Shown here: piece after piece, positions 1-9,309 of the stretch | Position numbering within the stretch: position 1 is the first letter of the stretch | Layout of the letters: each line of letters opens with the position of its first letter | Virus record (IMG/VR): IMGVR_UViG_3300042691_038938 | DNA length: 64,000 bases | Origin: a virus | Lineage: Duplodnaviria; Caudoviricetes | Reading direction: 5' to 3' (one strand) | The notes under the pieces: model-generated | The model's database searches: none | Told to the model about the DNA's origin: nothing | The model's input: only the letters and a program-made list of their open reading frames with translations | Made by a program: the position numbers and the translations under genes

Positions 1-447
1 TTTAAGAAGTGTTACTCAATGATTGATCGCGGTAACGGATCGAGCGGGACTGGCGTGGACCTGGTCGGCAATCGTAGCTGGTTTATATACGATACCTCAC
101 GGAAGCTCTACAATCTTTCTTACTTGCCTAGCGTGAAAATATTTTTAGGCGGAGGAAAGATGTTCTCTAAGAACTTTTTAGATGCAGTTGACTGGGAGAT
201 ATTTAAACCACTACGACCAGTTCACCTGGACGAGTATGGATATGAATTGATTGAAGCATTTAGTAATTCAATGTCTCTAATATCTCAAGATAATTTTATT
301 TTAAGTATAAAAGGAAGCTGGGAAGTCATTAATTCAACTGATGCTATACTTAAAGCTAGGAATCGAATAAGAGTAATTGATGTTACGACACGGCTCTCTA
401 CAATACTCAATAATCTTAAAATAGATCGTAAAGAAATTGAAATATGA
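1..447 (+). CDS. C-terminal part of a probable glycosyltransferase (truncated at window start)
   Basis: Frame is open from base 1 (FKKCYSM...); GGGKMFSKNFLDAVDW resembles GT-A C-terminal segments; first gene of a glycan operon. Confidence 0.45.
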   Translation, partial: FKKCYSMIDRGNGSSGTGVDLVGNRSWFIYDTSRKLYNLSYLPSVKIFLGGGKMFSKNFLDAVDWEIFKPLRPVHLDEYGYELIEAFSNSMSLISQDNFILSIKGSWEVINSTDAILKARNRIRVIDVTTRLSTILNNLKIDRKEIEI

Positions 448-1349
448 TAACTTTAAGAAACGTAATAGCGTACCTATCTGAAAAAATGGATCTTGAAATA
501 ATTTATGGAAATGTTGGTGAAGATCAATCGATCTCTAAAATAATAAAATTTGATCCGGCAAACCTGGACAATTCAATTCTTTTTTGGATAAGTGAAAAGA
601 ACCTTCCACAGACAAGGGATCTTGTTACTGGGACTTTGATAGCTCCACGATCAATCGCTCGTCCTAATAATTTTAATGGAACTCTATTGATTTGTGAAAA
701 TCCTAGAAAGGCATTTAGCTTAATAATTAACGAATTCTTCAAGCCTAGCAATAATTTGATTCCAATTGGTTCTTTAGTCACGATCATGTCAAATGTCCCA
801 AAAAGCTCTAAAGTAGGAAAAGGGACAATTATTGAAAAAGGGGTGACAATCGGTGAAAACGTAGTCATTGGATACAATAATGTCATTCTATCAGGAACAG
901 TCATTGGAGATAACGTTAAGGTAGGTTCGAACAACACGATAGGAGCGGTCGGCTTTGGTTACGAAAGGGGAGAGAATGGAGAATATGAACTGATTTCTCA
1001 CATAGGAAACGTTGTAATTGAGGATGACGTTGAGATAGGAAACAATAATTGCATTGATAGAGCGGTTCTTGGATCAACCCTTCTCTGTAAAAATTCCAAG
1101 ATAGATAACCTAGTTCATATCGCACATGGAGTAAAGATAGGAAGAAATTCTCTAGTCATCGCAAATTCCATGATTGCTGGAAGCTCTGAGATAGGCGATG
1201 ACGTATGGATCGCGCCCTCAACTTCTGTGATAAACGGTAAAACTGTGGGATCAAGATCGATGACTGGCTTAGGTTCAGTCGTGATTTCAAACGTGGATGA
1301 AGGCTCATTAGTGGTCGGAGTCCCAGCAAAAAAGATAAAAGACATATAA
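444..1349 (+). CDS. lpxD: LpxD-like hexapeptide-repeat acyltransferase (UDP-3-O-acylglucosamine N-acyltransferase family)
   Basis: N-terminal LpxD-type domain, left-handed beta-helix repeats, GAVGFGYE, CIDRAVLGST, KIDNLVHIAHGV, C-terminal VGVPAK. Confidence 0.8.
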   Translation: MITLRNVIAYLSEKMDLEIIYGNVGEDQSISKIIKFDPANLDNSILFWISEKNLPQTRDLVTGTLIAPRSIARPNNFNGTLLICENPRKAFSLIINEFFKPSNNLIPIGSLVTIMSNVPKSSKVGKGTIIEKGVTIGENVVIGYNNVILSGTVIGDNVKVGSNNTIGAVGFGYERGENGEYELISHIGNVVIEDDVEIGNNNCIDRAVLGSTLLCKNSKIDNLVHIAHGVKIGRNSLVIANSMIAGSSEIGDDVWIAPSTSVINGKTVGSRSMTGLGSVVISNVDEGSLVVGVPAKKIKDI

Positions 1350-3109
1350 TGTGCGGAATAAGCGGAATAATTTTTAAAGAGCATTGCACTGACTTCACTC
1401 AAGCTAGACTCGAATTGGAACACATGAAATCCTCACAGCATCTGAGAGGACCTGATTCTTCTGGTGAGTTTAATGATACTAAAGTATTTTTAGCTCATAA
1501 TAGACTTTCGATACTTGATCTTAGTCCAGCAGGAAATCAGCCCATGCAAAATGAGGATTGGGTGATAGTCTTTAACGGGGAGATCTATAATTATGTGGAA
1601 CTAAGAGACGAGCTCATAGGATTAGGTGAGACCTTTATCGGTTCTTCTGATACTGAGGTTCTCTTGACCTGTATATCTAGGTTTGGAATCCAGGAAGCAC
1701 TACAAAAGATAAACGGTATCTTCTCATTTTGTGCATACAATAAATACACAAAGGAGGTTCATCTAGTTAGGGACAGACTCGGCGAGAAGCCTCTTTTTTA
1801 CTACGTGGATGAGAATTCGACCCTTTACTTTTCATCGAATCCTTCAGCGATAGTGAATTCATTACCTCAAGTAGACTGGCATCTTGATTACGAAGGACTA
1901 TGGGAATATTTTGTCCTCGGAGGAATTTTTTCCGATAAGACTCTATTCAAAGGGATCAATCGACTTGATTCTGCTTCCGTCTTAAGCTATGTTAATAACG
2001 AAATAACTATATCTAAGTATTGGACACCAGTATTTCAGCCTAATTTGACTGATTCTGATCTTGACTCGCTAATCAGAGAAGCGATAACGAGCCGAACAGT
2101 CTCAGACGTCCCAATTGTTCTGTTCTTAAGTGGAGGAGTTGACTCCAGTGCAGTTGCTGCTGTGCTTAAAGACACTGATGCAGTTCACCTGATATCAGAT
2201 GAGGTTGATTCTGCGAGAAAGGTCGCTGAAAAATTCAAAATGAGATTCAAAGTAGTCCAACCGGCGAGTTTAGACATCTCGGAAACGTTATTCAAGTATT
2301 CTGAATTTTCAGGAGAGGCAACGATGGCAGGATTCATTCCTTATGTGACAAGCAAAGCAATTTCTGGTGAATATAAGGTGGCAATAAGCGCGAATGGAGC
2401 AGATGAACTGTTTTTTGGATATCTTAGAATTCCCACACCAAAAATAAAAAATGAATTCTTTGATAAGTTAAGCAAAAGACGAAACATCAACATAAATCGT
2501 CGGTCAAGTCAGCCAGATGGACAGATTGCTGAAATCTTTAGACACCCTGACAATTTTTCTATTCCTCTTTCAGGAAAAGTTAGTTCAATGGCTGATCTAT
2601 TGAGATTGATTGAGCTAGAATTAAAGGATTTCAACCAAAATGAAGACTTTCCACAGTCTTCAAAATACAGATGGCTCGAACTAATGACCTACGTAAAGGG
2701 CGATCTTAATAACACTCTAGATTTTGCAAGCATGGCAAACTCCTTAGAGGTAAGGGCTCCTTTCTTAGATTATCGACTAGTTGAGGCCGCTTTAAGCTTG
2801 GATGAGACTCGACACATTAATATCAAAAATGGAAGAAAACACTTTTTAAAGAAGATCTTAGATTCTGAAGGAGTCGATGAATCGATTTGGAATAGGGATA
2901 AACTGGGATTTAGTCTCATTTCTTCCTATTTCAATAGCATAGAATCGATCAAAGACTTAGCAGTAAAGGAGCTCAAAAGAGAAGGGTTTTTGTCTATTTC
3001 ATGTACTAAAGGTAATTTAGGAAGAGACCTTCAATACTTAAGAAGTTCTGCCTTGGGATTTTTAGCTTGGAAAAAGGCGTGGATCGACAACGGAAAAGTA
3101 AAAAAATAA
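1349..3109 (+). CDS. asnB: Asparagine synthase (glutamine-hydrolysing) family amidotransferase
   Basis: MCGI Ntn nucleophile, RGPD, HNRLSILDL, FNGEIYNY, RDRLGEKPL, LSGGVDSS, GADELFFGY, EVRAPFLD. Confidence 0.95.
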   Translation: MCGISGIIFKEHCTDFTQARLELEHMKSSQHLRGPDSSGEFNDTKVFLAHNRLSILDLSPAGNQPMQNEDWVIVFNGEIYNYVELRDELIGLGETFIGSSDTEVLLTCISRFGIQEALQKINGIFSFCAYNKYTKEVHLVRDRLGEKPLFYYVDENSTLYFSSNPSAIVNSLPQVDWHLDYEGLWEYFVLGGIFSDKTLFKGINRLDSASVLSYVNNEITISKYWTPVFQPNLTDSDLDSLIREAITSRTVSDVPIVLFLSGGVDSSAVAAVLKDTDAVHLISDEVDSARKVAEKFKMRFKVVQPASLDISETLFKYSEFSGEATMAGFIPYVTSKAISGEYKVAISANGADELFFGYLRIPTPKIKNEFFDKLSKRRNININRRSSQPDGQIAEIFRHPDNFSIPLSGKVSSMADLLRLIELELKDFNQNEDFPQSSKYRWLELMTYVKGDLNNTLDFASMANSLEVRAPFLDYRLVEAALSLDETRHINIKNGRKHFLKKILDSEGVDESIWNRDKLGFSLISSYFNSIESIKDLAVKELKREGFLSISCTKGNLGRDLQYLRSSALGFLAWKKAWIDNGKVKK

Positions 3110-3115
3110 GAATCG

Positions 3116-3739
3116 ATGACAGTATTAATATTATCTCCACACACGGATGATGCTGAGCTCGGTTGCGGAGGAACGATATCGCGTCTCATTGAGGAAGGTC
3201 ACTCAGTATGGGTTGCAATATTCTCAACCTGTGATGAGTCGCTTCCTCCTGGATTTTCTCCAGGGACCTTAAAAACTGAGAGCATAAATTCGTTAGTCTC
3301 ATTGGGTTTAAATAAGGATCAAATCATCCATTATGACTATCAAGTTAGAGTCTTTAACTACAGTAGACAGTCAATATTAGAAGATCTAGTACAGTTAAAG
3401 AAGAAGATGTTGCCTGATCTTGTATTCATTCCTTCACTAGATGATTATCATCAAGATCATAAGACCGTTGCTGAGGAAGGAGTTAGGTGTTTCAAAAACG
3501 GCTGCTCAATCCTTTCTTATGAATTGATATGGAACAACACTGGATTTAAGAATCAGCTTTACTATGTCTTAGAGGAAAGGCATATCAAGAACAAAATAAA
3601 AGCTCTTAAGAATTATGAAACGCAACAAGGAAGATCATATCTCTCTGAAGAATTTATTCGCTCCTTAGCTAAGGTTCGGGGAATACAAAATGGCGTAGAT
3701 CTGGCTGAAGCATATGAAGTCATACGATATAAAATATAA
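3116..3739 (+). CDS. PIG-L/LmbE family N-acetyl-sugar deacetylase
   Basis: SPHTDDAELGCGG and HQDH motifs, YETQ, AEAY. Confidence 0.92.
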   Translation: MTVLILSPHTDDAELGCGGTISRLIEEGHSVWVAIFSTCDESLPPGFSPGTLKTESINSLVSLGLNKDQIIHYDYQVRVFNYSRQSILEDLVQLKKKMLPDLVFIPSLDDYHQDHKTVAEEGVRCFKNGCSILSYELIWNNTGFKNQLYYVLEERHIKNKIKALKNYETQQGRSYLSEEFIRSLAKVRGIQNGVDLAEAYEVIRYKI

Positions 3740-3748
3740 TACATACAA

Positions 3749-4495
3749 ATGCAATCATTATCTAAATTTACCAATTCACCTATTATTATTGGAGGCTGTG
3801 GCAGATCTGGAACAACTCTTCTTGCTGCAATTCTTTCATCTCATCCAAGTATCTATTCATATACTTACGAAACTATGGCATTCTGTCCCAGTGCATGGAT
3901 GGATCCCTTAAATAGAAACGTTCCATTTAGTCTTTCCATTCTAGAGGAAGTACTCATTGACTCTCCTCCAAGTAAAGAGAACAATAGATTTTTAGAAAAG
4001 ACCCCTAGAAATACCCTTGTCTATAAAAGAATAGCCGACTATTTTAATGATCAAGTTAAGATCATAAATCTTGTAAGAGACGGTCGAGATGTTGTTCTAT
4101 CGAAGTATCCAGGAAAGGAAGACACACAATACGTAACTGCTGACTTTTGGAAAACTGAAATTGAGTATGGGATTGAGTGTGAAGATTTTCCATGGTTTAA
4201 AACATTTAGATATGAAGATTTAATTCTTAATTTTAAGGAAACTCTTCTCGATATCTGTGAATTTTGTGAGATTGAATACTGTGATCAATTGACTAACTAC
4301 ACTGACTTTACAAAATATAAAGAATCTGATGCTTGGAGCCATCGTAAAATTCAAAGCCCTCATCAAAAGTCAATTGGAAAATGGAAGAATCACATGGATC
4401 ATATTGAAGTAAAAAAGTTGAATTCAGACCCACACAATATTGATTTATTAAAAAAATATAACTATGAAATTATTAGTGATTGTTCCAGCATATAA
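3749..4495 (+). CDS. Sulfotransferase family protein
   Basis: GCGRSGTTLL 5'-PSB loop, EKTP, LVRDGRDV 3'-PB motif, RYEDL, IGKWK. Confidence 0.9.
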   Translation: MQSLSKFTNSPIIIGGCGRSGTTLLAAILSSHPSIYSYTYETMAFCPSAWMDPLNRNVPFSLSILEEVLIDSPPSKENNRFLEKTPRNTLVYKRIADYFNDQVKIINLVRDGRDVVLSKYPGKEDTQYVTADFWKTEIEYGIECEDFPWFKTFRYEDLILNFKETLLDICEFCEIEYCDQLTNYTDFTKYKESDAWSHRKIQSPHQKSIGKWKNHMDHIEVKKLNSDPHNIDLLKKYNYEIISDCSSI

Positions 4496-5150
4496 CGCTC
4501 AGTCTTTTATAAAGGAGAGTATTTCTTCGATATTATCGCAAAATATTTTAATTCAAGTTGTTGTGATAGACGACGGATCAATCGATAAAACAGTTTCTCA
4601 AATTCCTAAAAATTCAAACATCAATGTGATACGAAACCTCAAAAACATGGGAACGTATTATTCAATTAATCGAGCTCTAGTTTCCTCAGCTTCCGATCCT
4701 TCATGGACCCACTTTACCGTTCATGGAGCAGACGATGTTTCCCTTCCTGGAAGATTTAAAGCACAGCTTTCTAAATTTTCAAACGGAATCTTAGCAGTCG
4801 GCTGTGGTTACAATAGAGTTGACCACTCAACTGGGAAAGTAATGAGTACTACCTTGAAGACTGATGAATCAGTTCTAATTTTTTCAAGAAAGGTTTTTGA
4901 ATCCATTGGATACTATGCGACTCACAGAGTAGGAAGCGATACTGAATACAAGAAGCGCCTCTTACTATGTCATCCAAAATCCATTTCGACAGTTCCTAGG
5001 GTACTAATAAAATCCTATTTACATGGAGAAAACTTGACTAAAAAAATACCGCTCGGTGGATCAGTTAGAAAGAAGGTAGTAGAGTCATTTACCTCGAGTC
5101 ACAGAGAAATGGTTAAAACTAAAAATTATTATCAGAAATTCAATCCATGA
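4464..5150 (+). CDS. Glycosyltransferase family 2
   Basis: VIVPAYNAQ, VIDDGSID, NMGTYYSIN, GADD. Confidence 0.9.
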   Translation: MKLLVIVPAYNAQSFIKESISSILSQNILIQVVVIDDGSIDKTVSQIPKNSNINVIRNLKNMGTYYSINRALVSSASDPSWTHFTVHGADDVSLPGRFKAQLSKFSNGILAVGCGYNRVDHSTGKVMSTTLKTDESVLIFSRKVFESIGYYATHRVGSDTEYKKRLLLCHPKSISTVPRVLIKSYLHGENLTKKIPLGGSVRKKVVESFTSSHREMVKTKNYYQKFNP

Positions 5151-5974
5151 AATTAGGAGTAGCATACATAGTGTTCGACGGGATAGAGCTTCTTGAACAT
5201 TCAATAAGACAGATACGCCCTCACGTTGATCACATCAACGTGATCTATCAAAATCATTCATGGTTTGGCACTCCCATCTCAAAGGAAGATTTAATCAAGC
5301 TCAAGTCTCTAACGTCGGCTCGACTTATAGATGAGCTCACACTATTTAACGACTTTTCTCCCATTCGAGTCAAGAATCATCAGGGAATAATGAAGGCAAA
5401 GGGATACGAGCGAACCAAGCGACAGTTGGGTCTAAGTATCACTCTTAATCGTGGGTGCACTCATTATCTTTGCATGGACGTTGATGAATTCTACAAGTCA
5501 GAAGAATTTGCTAAGGCTAAGTCTGAGATAATCAGCAAAGGATATGACCAGACCGCCGTTAGACTCATCAATTACGTCAACGTTCCTATCGTTCATCGAG
5601 GATATGATTCCATCAGGGTTCCTTTCATCTGTAGGATAGACCGTTCGACTAAGATGACTCCTTCATTCTTCGTTAAGTGTGATCCTACTAGGGGACTTAC
5701 TAGCGCAAGTAAGAATAAACATGAATTCGCTCCAAGCATTATCACAATGCATCACATGGAAACAGTAAGAAAGAATCTGACCCTAAAGTATGACTCTACC
5801 ACTCGAGCAGTATTTGCTCGCGCTAGAACTTCTGAGCTAGTTGATAGTATTAAGAATGTAAACGAGAAAAGTTCTAATTTCAGTTTTAAGAAGATAATAT
5901 TTCCTGGACTGAATTCGATAAAACTGATTCAGTGTGAGAACATATTTAATATACCTTATCAAAAATGGAAATAA
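5147..5974 (+). CDS. Putative GT-A fold glycosyltransferase
   Basis: YIVFDGIELL start, CMDVDEFY DxD motif, glycan operon context. Confidence 0.6.
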   Translation: MKLGVAYIVFDGIELLEHSIRQIRPHVDHINVIYQNHSWFGTPISKEDLIKLKSLTSARLIDELTLFNDFSPIRVKNHQGIMKAKGYERTKRQLGLSITLNRGCTHYLCMDVDEFYKSEEFAKAKSEIISKGYDQTAVRLINYVNVPIVHRGYDSIRVPFICRIDRSTKMTPSFFVKCDPTRGLTSASKNKHEFAPSIITMHHMETVRKNLTLKYDSTTRAVFARARTSELVDSIKNVNEKSSNFSFKKIIFPGLNSIKLIQCENIFNIPYQKWK

Positions 5975-5983
5975 TTTTAAGAA

Positions 5984-6667
5984 ATGTCTAAAATAGCTTT
6001 GGAATTTACAACAACTGCCTGTAATCGGCCTTCAGTATTAAACGCAACATATGCATCATATTGTAAGAATCTTACAGGCATAGACTTTTCAAAAAGCACA
6101 GTATATTTGAATGTTGATCCTGCGCCTGATTCTAAAAATATTCAAATGGTAGAGGAAGTTGCAAGGAAATATTTCGGCACAGTTATTGTTAATTATTCAT
6201 CTTCTCCTAATTTTGCAGCAGCGGCTCTTTGGTGTTTTTCTCAAGTAAAGGGTGAATTTTTTTTTCATTTGGAAGACGATTGGAAACTTATGAAGGCTAT
6301 TAACATCCATTCGATGATCTCAAAACTAGGAACATCTAATTTACAGTGTGTATTAAATAAGGGAAGGACTTCAATTACAATAAAGGAGACTGGTGAACCA
6401 TGTTTTGTTCCTTCTCTAATCGCAACGCAATATTGGAAAAAATATCTAACTAACTTTAGACTTGATATTAATCCTGAATATCAAATGAAAGTTCTTTTTA
6501 AAAATAAGTCGACTGGTTTATTTAAAAATCGCTCAATTTATTATAATCCGGCTCAAGAGCTTTCAAAAGATATTGGTCGATCATGGTTAATGGCAAATAA
6601 ACTAGCTAGAAGTTATACTCCGGGAGCAAAATGGTCTCCTTGGATAAAATGGAGAAATAAAAAATGA
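5984..6667 (+). CDS. Putative GT-A fold glycosyltransferase
   Basis: TTACNRP, LNVDP, FFHLEDDW motif typical of small phage glycosyltransferases. Confidence 0.65.
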   Translation: MSKIALEFTTTACNRPSVLNATYASYCKNLTGIDFSKSTVYLNVDPAPDSKNIQMVEEVARKYFGTVIVNYSSSPNFAAAALWCFSQVKGEFFFHLEDDWKLMKAINIHSMISKLGTSNLQCVLNKGRTSITIKETGEPCFVPSLIATQYWKKYLTNFRLDINPEYQMKVLFKNKSTGLFKNRSIYYNPAQELSKDIGRSWLMANKLARSYTPGAKWSPWIKWRNKK

Positions 6668-7548
6668 AAACACTAATCATTGCTGAGATCGGAATTAATT
6701 ATGCATATGGTGAGTCTCAATCTCTCTTTATGGATAATATAAAGAGACTTATCGACGTAGCGAAAGTTTCTGGTGTAGATTACGTTAAGTTTCAAAAACG
6801 CAATCCTGAATCTTGCGTTCCTCAAAATGAGAGAGATAAACCTAAAAGGGTTCCTTGGAGAAAAGAAGAGACTACCTATCTGCATTATAAAAAAGACATT
6901 GAGCTTTGGCAAAAGGAATTTGATGAGATCGACGATTACTGTCGAGAAAAGGAGATAGGCTGGTTCGCGTCAGTCTGGGACAAGGATTCAGTGGATTTCA
7001 TGAGAAGATACACAAGTCCTTTACCGAACGGCAAGTGGGGAATCATGCTTAAGATACCATCTGCGTTAATCACGGATCTTAGCCTAGTACAATACGCTAA
7101 AGAGTGTTCAGATTTTCTTCTCATCTCTACTGGCATGAGCAGGCAGAGTGAGATCGATCTTGCTATCGAGACAGGCGAGCCAGATGTAGTGTTCCATACA
7201 AATTCAACCTACCCTTCTCCAGTATCAGAGCTAAAATTAGATTACATACCATATCTCAATCACATCTCAATTGAATTTAAGAAGAAGTTTGAAGTAGGGT
7301 ATTCCGGTCATGAGTTTGGGCTAAACACCACTCTTGCTGCTAATCTTTTGGGCGCAAGGTGGATTGAACGACACATAACATTAGACCGAACTCACTGGGG
7401 TAGCGATCAGATGGCCTCAGTTGAACCGCAAGGCTTGATTAAATTGGTAAAGAGCATTAGAGACATTGAGCTCTCCAGGGGAGGATATGGCGCTAGAGAA
7501 GTCCTAGCCTCAGAAAAAGAAAAAAGAAAAACACTTAGAGGAAAATGA
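6664..7548 (+). CDS. neuB: N-acetylneuraminate/nonulosonate synthase (NeuB family, no C-terminal SAF domain)
   Basis: IIAEIGIN, VKFQKR, KIPSA, STGMS, HTNSTYP, GYSGHE, IERHITLDR, GSDQMASVEP. Confidence 0.93.
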   Translation: MKTLIIAEIGINYAYGESQSLFMDNIKRLIDVAKVSGVDYVKFQKRNPESCVPQNERDKPKRVPWRKEETTYLHYKKDIELWQKEFDEIDDYCREKEIGWFASVWDKDSVDFMRRYTSPLPNGKWGIMLKIPSALITDLSLVQYAKECSDFLLISTGMSRQSEIDLAIETGEPDVVFHTNSTYPSPVSELKLDYIPYLNHISIEFKKKFEVGYSGHEFGLNTTLAANLLGARWIERHITLDRTHWGSDQMASVEPQGLIKLVKSIRDIELSRGGYGAREVLASEKEKRKTLRGK

Positions 7549-7844
7549 AGATAACTCCAAAAAAGATCCTTCAGTTCTTTGAAGGCAACATCAAGATGTT
7601 GGGAGACATGTTTTATCTCCTACCTGAACATGAAAAAGAACAAGTATTCTTTAGATCTCAGATCTGTAAGGAAGAGTGTGTGAAGCTAGGATATTGCGTT
7701 TACTGCGGTTGCGACGTCCCGGGAAAGCTGTATGTAAAAGAGTCTTGTAATGGAGGAGAAAGATTTCCTGATCTCATGTCAAAGAAGGACTGGGAAGAGT
7801 ATAAAAAGGAAAATAACATTGAGGTAAATGATCTATTACATTGA
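7545..7844 (+). CDS. Cys-rich hypothetical phage protein (putative Zn-binding)
   Basis: C-x3-C...CVYCGC...C pattern; overlapping start/stop coupling with neighbours. Confidence 0.6.
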   Translation: MKITPKKILQFFEGNIKMLGDMFYLLPEHEKEQVFFRSQICKEECVKLGYCVYCGCDVPGKLYVKESCNGGERFPDLMSKKDWEEYKKENNIEVNDLLH

Positions 7845-8127
7845 CATTGACGACACGATATGTACTCTATCTGAGTCCATGAACTATGGATCAGCTACAC
7901 CCATTCCAAAAGCCATTGAGAAGGTGAATCGTCTCTATGAAGAAGGCCATCGCATCGTCTTCTGGACTGCTAGAGGGACTGTTAGTGGCAAGGATTGGAG
8001 ACAGTTAACTGAGAGTCAACTCATCTCTTGGGAAGTAAAATATCATGAGCTCAAATTCGGTAAACCTGCATACGATTTCTTCATAGACGATAAAAACATC
8101 AATTCGAATGATTGGCTCAGCAAGTAA
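7828..8127 (+). CDS. Small HAD-family phosphatase (capsule-biosynthesis type)
   Basis: IDIDDTI motif I, WTARG motif II, KP...FIDDK motifs III/IV. Confidence 0.88.
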   Translation: MIYYIDIDDTICTLSESMNYGSATPIPKAIEKVNRLYEEGHRIVFWTARGTVSGKDWRQLTESQLISWEVKYHELKFGKPAYDFFIDDKNINSNDWLSK

Positions 8128-8719
8128 CGTAAAGGTACTTGTCCTAGGCAACGATCCTCAGATCAACACCATTGATTTTGACAGATTGAAGCCTGAAGTG
8201 ATCACACTGGGCGTGAATAGGATCTGGTTGAAACACATACCTGACTATCTTTTTTTCAATGATATTCAGATCTTGACTGAGATTGAAAGACATCCTGAAA
8301 TAATGGCTCAACTTCAATCTAATACTAAGTGTTTTTCTAGTGATTGGATTAGGCATAAATTAAAAAGAACCATTCCTCAATGGATAGAAATACACCGACG
8401 AACCAACGCGATCTCTTTTCCAGACTCTGTAAGTACTGCAATAAATATCTTTTCATCTAATTTTTTAACTGATAAGCGGGTGACTTATTACCTTGCTGGA
8501 GTTTCCCTAAAATGGACTAATCCTAGTCACTTTTGGAAGGAGATGGAATACGAATCATTGAATAAACACGGTCAAGATTGGTACACCACGCGATTTGTTA
8601 AAATGTCGGAAAACTTTAGAAAGATAAAGGCCAGAGGAATACGCGTAATCTCAGTGAATCCCAACTCCAATCTAAATAAGATGTTTCGTTATGAGAGCAT
8701 TGATAACCTTTATAAGTGA
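8108..8719 (+). CDS. Cst-II/GT42- or Maf-like (DUF115) sialyl-type transferase
   Basis: VLVLGNDPQINTIDFDRL...GVNRIW parallels the Cst-II N-terminus as I recall it (VIIAGNGPSLKEIDYSRL...RCNQFY); lies next to neuB. Confidence 0.6.
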   Translation: MIGSASNVKVLVLGNDPQINTIDFDRLKPEVITLGVNRIWLKHIPDYLFFNDIQILTEIERHPEIMAQLQSNTKCFSSDWIRHKLKRTIPQWIEIHRRTNAISFPDSVSTAINIFSSNFLTDKRVTYYLAGVSLKWTNPSHFWKEMEYESLNKHGQDWYTTRFVKMSENFRKIKARGIRVISVNPNSNLNKMFRYESIDNLYK

Positions 8720-9307
8720 TTACCCAGGAATGAGTGAGATTGCAGTAGTCACTGCGCTAAGTGCTCCAACTAGTCCAAGTATTGCGCTAGGTAGCTCAAA
8801 CTTTAGTTTAGACGCTATCAAGATCAAATTAGTCAGTGCCGATGTTGCGATAGAAAGGCTCTTCAATAGAGTCTTTTTAGTCTGAGTCGCTACTCCTAAC
8901 GTATACGCAGGATTAGCACTAGATGGGGGCACTGAGATTGATGGAGGAACTACAACTAATGCTGCAACTGTCTGTGCCTCAGTAGGGATAGAATCGATCG
9001 CCTCTTTCGCGATCTTATACTCCTGTTTCATCTTTGTGATGTCCTCCTCCACTGCAGGTTTTATGTTCTTCTTCATTGTTTCAACCGCCTCCTTCGCTTT
9101 GGCATCAGCTTCAGCTTTAGCCTCTTCTTCTGACATTCCTCTTTCCACGTTTTCTTTACGTTCATCCTCAATAAGTTTAAGGTAATTTGCCATTCCCTCA
9201 TCCTTCTTTACCAGATTTTCGATGACGGTGTCTGTATTGAGTCCAGGAATGCTCTCTCCTAAATCTCCTAATTTTAACGCGGAAGATAATTGTGCTTCTA
9301 TTGCCAT
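8720..9307 (-). CDS. Hypothetical protein downstream of the baseplate spike gene
   Basis: 195-aa ORF translationally coupled to the gp5-like gene; coiled N-terminal half, hydrophobic C-terminus. Confidence 0.6.
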   Translation of the reverse strand: MAIEAQLSSALKLGDLGESIPGLNTDTVIENLVKKDEGMANYLKLIEDERKENVERGMSEEEAKAEADAKAKEAVETMKKNIKPAVEEDITKMKQEYKIAKEAIDSIPTEAQTVAALVVVPPSISVPPSSANPAYTLGVATQTKKTLLKSLSIATSALTNLILIASKLKFELPSAILGLVGALSAVTTAISLIPG

Positions 9308-9309
9308 AA

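Noticed and set aside
1-8719. Bacterial LPS/capsule locus, with the rest as an integrated prophage
   Set aside because: No integrase, att site or housekeeping genes are visible; composition and tight gene packing continue into lytic T4-like genes. It cannot be fully excluded because the operon runs off the window start.
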